A DNA stretch of 64,000 nt from Lingula anatina (lineage: Eukaryota; Animalia; Brachiopoda). The notes under the pieces are model-generated. The model worked only from the letters and a program-made list of their open reading frames with translations. It was not told where the DNA came from and searched no databases. Positions 60,672-64,000 of the stretch are shown piece after piece (position 1 is the stretch's first letter; each line of letters opens with the position of its first letter). The DNA is taken from assembly GCA_051362555.1 (NCBI GenBank), contig CM120641.1, positions 24,868,401 through 24,932,400 of the forward strand, given 5' to 3'. The position numbers and the translations under genes were made by a program.

Positions 60672-62360
60672 AGTGTCTTTGCGTGTACAAAGATATCCAC
60701 AGTAGTACGCGATACCTAGTTGCCGGCCACATAAAAATAAACAACGGGCATGAGCTATGTTACTATGATATGTATGTAGGGCCATAGAAGTAGGGCAATA
60801 GAAATGACGTTTTAGTCTCCTGCTGCCCGTAAAACTTTTTTTGGTGAAGATCGAAAGGGGTCCCGCCTTATAGCCTCAACATACAAAAGCTAAAAGAAAT
60901 GAAAAATAATATCGAGTTTACCTCTTTATACATTTGCTCCAATCCACATTTATTTGTAGTGCAGAAAAAGAAAGAAAAACATTTATTCACTTTGGGTTAT
61001 TTTTATTTTTTATATAATAAACATTGAACAGGCCTTGTTATCATGAAATATTCACTGAAATTAATGACATACAGTAACAGGGTATAAACTGTACAACAAA
61101 TCCTTTATGCCACTGTATGACAGCAGGTTAGCAACATGCTTTACACCACCATACCACTACATTAAATGTATATTCATAACAATGTTATCCCTTCTTGTTC
61201 AAAAAAATGTTTCCACATTCAAGTCTTAAAAGACATTCTACATCATAGGGATCTTGTTTTTCTGAAATGTTTTGTTTCAAGAAATTTCAATAATACTGTT
61301 ATTTATACTCACACTACCAATAAGTTTGCACAGTCCCATCAAACCAGGAGAATAATAACAATACATTATAATCTCTTCTGCATAAACCGACCAATTTCCA
61401 GACTTGGTTAAACATCATAAAAAGGATACATTAACATTCTAAAAATGCATCATTGTATTTTGTATAAAACAAGCATTGTTGGTATAAGATTTGTACAAGT
61501 AAAAGATACATTCCAGGGTTATATTGTGCATACAGTTAAACTGCTTCTAACTAAATCATTTGCAATGTACAAACATTTCTATTCCCTCCCTTCATGTACA
61601 GGTGGTACATTTTGCCATTCCCCCTCATATCAATTATCCCAATTTTTGTTACTTTGCAACAATTATTCCTCTACCTAACACCATCTCCTCTGATCTGTCC
61701 AGTTCTCAGACACACTTCACCAACACAGTATCCATCTACACAACTAAGCTTGGCAATGACTGACTTGTACAAAACAACTACACTTCTTTTCTTACACACG
61801 CACATGTTCACTCTGCTGTATGCTTTGATCAGGGACTTGACTACCCCCATCTTTGTCCAGCCTCCCTTTATGCCAGAGCAACTACACTTTCCATATCCAG
61901 GACACCTAGTACAACTTAGGGTAACTGAAACTGACCTTTCTTTGGTATAGTTGTTTACACATAGCGCAAGAAAATTCAAACAAAATGTTGTTCTTATGCA
62001 GGCATACATAACAAAGACAGTAATTGAGCTGCTGAATTTTGATAAAACCAAACAGAGCAAACTGGAAGGGGGACCATCAGAGTTCATGTATATGTGAATA
62101 TTGATCTCTGTTCAGAGAGTACATTGTCCTTAGCAACAGTTTTCAATTATTTGATTCTGAGCACTTTTGTAATTCTATAAACTGTACAGAAGCTGAAGCT
62201 AGAATTAAGTAGGACACTTGCTGGCATACACAACACTGTCTGTACTGTCCACTGACACTGCTCATGAGGAGGTGTGTCCACATCTTGTCACAACTGGAAT
62301 GGCATTGGATTCCATAAGACTTCCACATCAATTTCAATAAAATAGGGCCTGCTGCAAACC

Positions 62361-63690
62361 TCAGTTTTTATTTTCGTCTTGTTCAACTTTTGCTTTCTTT
62401 GCCTCTGAACTTGATTCTGGTTCAGATCTCCCACTTGAATCTACATCCAGGGCTCTCTTCACAAATGCTGTGGACACAGGCACCTGCCCCATAGCTGACG
62501 CGCTGCCACTGCTTATCTAGAACCAACCAACCAAAAACCCAGTTAATCTCAAATCCGGCACAGAAGATTATTACAGTATTTCTATTTACTCCCTTCGTGG
62601 CATAGCAGGAAGAAAAGCAACACCAACCACAAACAAATTTAACAGAACATAAAATATTACTCCTGGATGTATTCCCTATAAACATGTACATTACCGACTA
62701 AGGCTTCGTTCACATGGAAAGTCTATTTTCTAAAAATCTATTTTCTATTCGCGGTATCTTATGATCACGGTCTGTGCCCTGAATATCCCGCGGCGTAATT
62801 ACTGGCAGCGCAAGCCAGTTATTCTATAAAGCTATAATTAATTCTCGGCTGTGCTCGCATTCTATAAAATCTCATCCTCCGTTGCCGTATCGCTTGCCAT
62901 CGGATCATGACGGTTGCACTCTTATCTGTTGTGTGTGTAGCTCCTTCATCTTCTACGTCTTGTTGATGCACAAAATCGACGAACACATTTTTCAAAGCAA
63001 CCACGACCGCCATTAACTTTCTAACTTCCTACTGCGCATGCGTCAAGGTATCAGAATCTCCTCCGAGCACAGCTGAGAATTAATTACAGCTTTGGAAGCA
63101 ACTGGCTCGCGCTGCCAGTAATTACGCCGTGGGATATTCATGGCACAGACTGTGATCACAAGATATACTGCGAATAGAAAAAAGATTTTTAGAAAATAGA
63201 CTTTCCATGTGAACGAAGCTTTAAAAAGAAGCTGTTTATCATTCTAGACAATAAGTATAATTATCATTAATCTTTTACAGCATTAAAAAATTTAGGGAGA
63301 AATAAAACAGTAACTTATGAGTATTGAGATGAGATAACACTTTCTTGTACTGACTAAAATGGAGCTGTTAATCACTTCAGACATTTCTCTTTTAAAAGTG
63401 TCCAACAAGCTATATGCCTACCAGAGGTTGCTGCAAAGGGGCTGTAGGCTGCTGATACTGTGGTGCTGTAGATTGACTGGGAGGGTGACTCGGGGGTTGA
63501 AAAGGGGATATCCTGGACTGGGAGGTAGAGGACACAGACCCAGGGAATGACACATGCTGCTGCTGACCAGCAGCATTCACTGGCGTCATCCCAATGTTCG
63601 AAGGTTGAATTCCCTGTTGGTTGCTGACCATTTGTCTTATCATCTGTGACGTCTGCTGTTGTGACTGACCAGGAGTCACAACAGTCACTA
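62361..63690 (-). CDS. Last two coding exons of an unidentified Q/P/S-rich, probably nuclear protein (5' part outside the window)
   Basis: Exon 63422-63690 splices in phase 0 to 62361-62516 (ISSGSASAMGQVPVSTAFVKRALDVDSSGRSEPESSSEAKKAKVEQDENKN-TGA). The KR...KKAK pattern is NLS-like. Confidence 0.75.
62701..63221. mobile_element. PIF/Harbinger-like non-autonomous element with ~120-bp TIRs
   Basis: aggcttcgttcacatggaaagtctattttctaaaaatc ... gatttttagaaaatagactttccatgtgaacgaagctt. Arms are ~62701-62820 and ~63100-63221, flanked by TA on both sides. Confidence 0.8.
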
Positions 63691-64000
63691 CTAAGAGAGA
63701 AAAGGACAGTAAATATCTGAACAATTACATCATGAACTGAAAAAAAAATTTTTAAGTTAGGAAAATATAAAATAGAAATTTATTTTGGAGCATCGAGATA
63801 ACAATTTCTTGTTAACTTTCCAAATATATTTACAACAAATTGCCACAGTTTCTTCTGGAAGGGAGACTGCCTATCAAAAACTTTTAATATCAAAACAAGT
63901 TAACCCCAAACTAAAATAACACGAGGGGTGTGCACATACCACCTAAAATCTTTAAAACCATATAACAAGATATGTGCAAAGACTCTTTAATTACTTTCTT

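Noticed and set aside
61594-62087. Overlapping 118-aa and 138-aa ORFs
   Set aside because: They fall in the probable 3' UTR of the terminal gene, with no splice or motif support.

Overview
AT-rich, intron-rich animal genomic DNA. The repeat types and gene structure suggest a lophotrochozoan such as a mollusc, but that is an inference. Spliced gene models were rebuilt by hand from GT-AG sites and codon phase. In order: CCDC40 (-) head-to-head with TBC1D16 (+) across a ~140-bp bidirectional promoter; a two-coding-exon orphan class A GPCR (-) nested in a TBC1D16 intron; a Shisa-like single-pass protein with an unusual Ser/Tyr/Arg-rich ectodomain exon (-); PIGX (-) head-to-head with CHMP6 (+); ATG12 (+) tail-to-tail with CFAP52/WDR16 (-); and the last two exons of an unidentified Q/P/S-rich nuclear protein (-). 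The non-coding DNA holds several fold-back or MITE elements. These include a three-layer nested element (39.4-41.7 kb) with near-perfect 505-bp arms carrying a promoter/first-exon-like cassette, a 1.63-kb element with ~660-bp TIRs and an exact 9-bp TSD, and a Harbinger-like element that retains a promoter and the start of an ORF. No rRNA, tRNA, CRISPR array or intact transposase was seen. Gene names come from motif recognition, not database searches.
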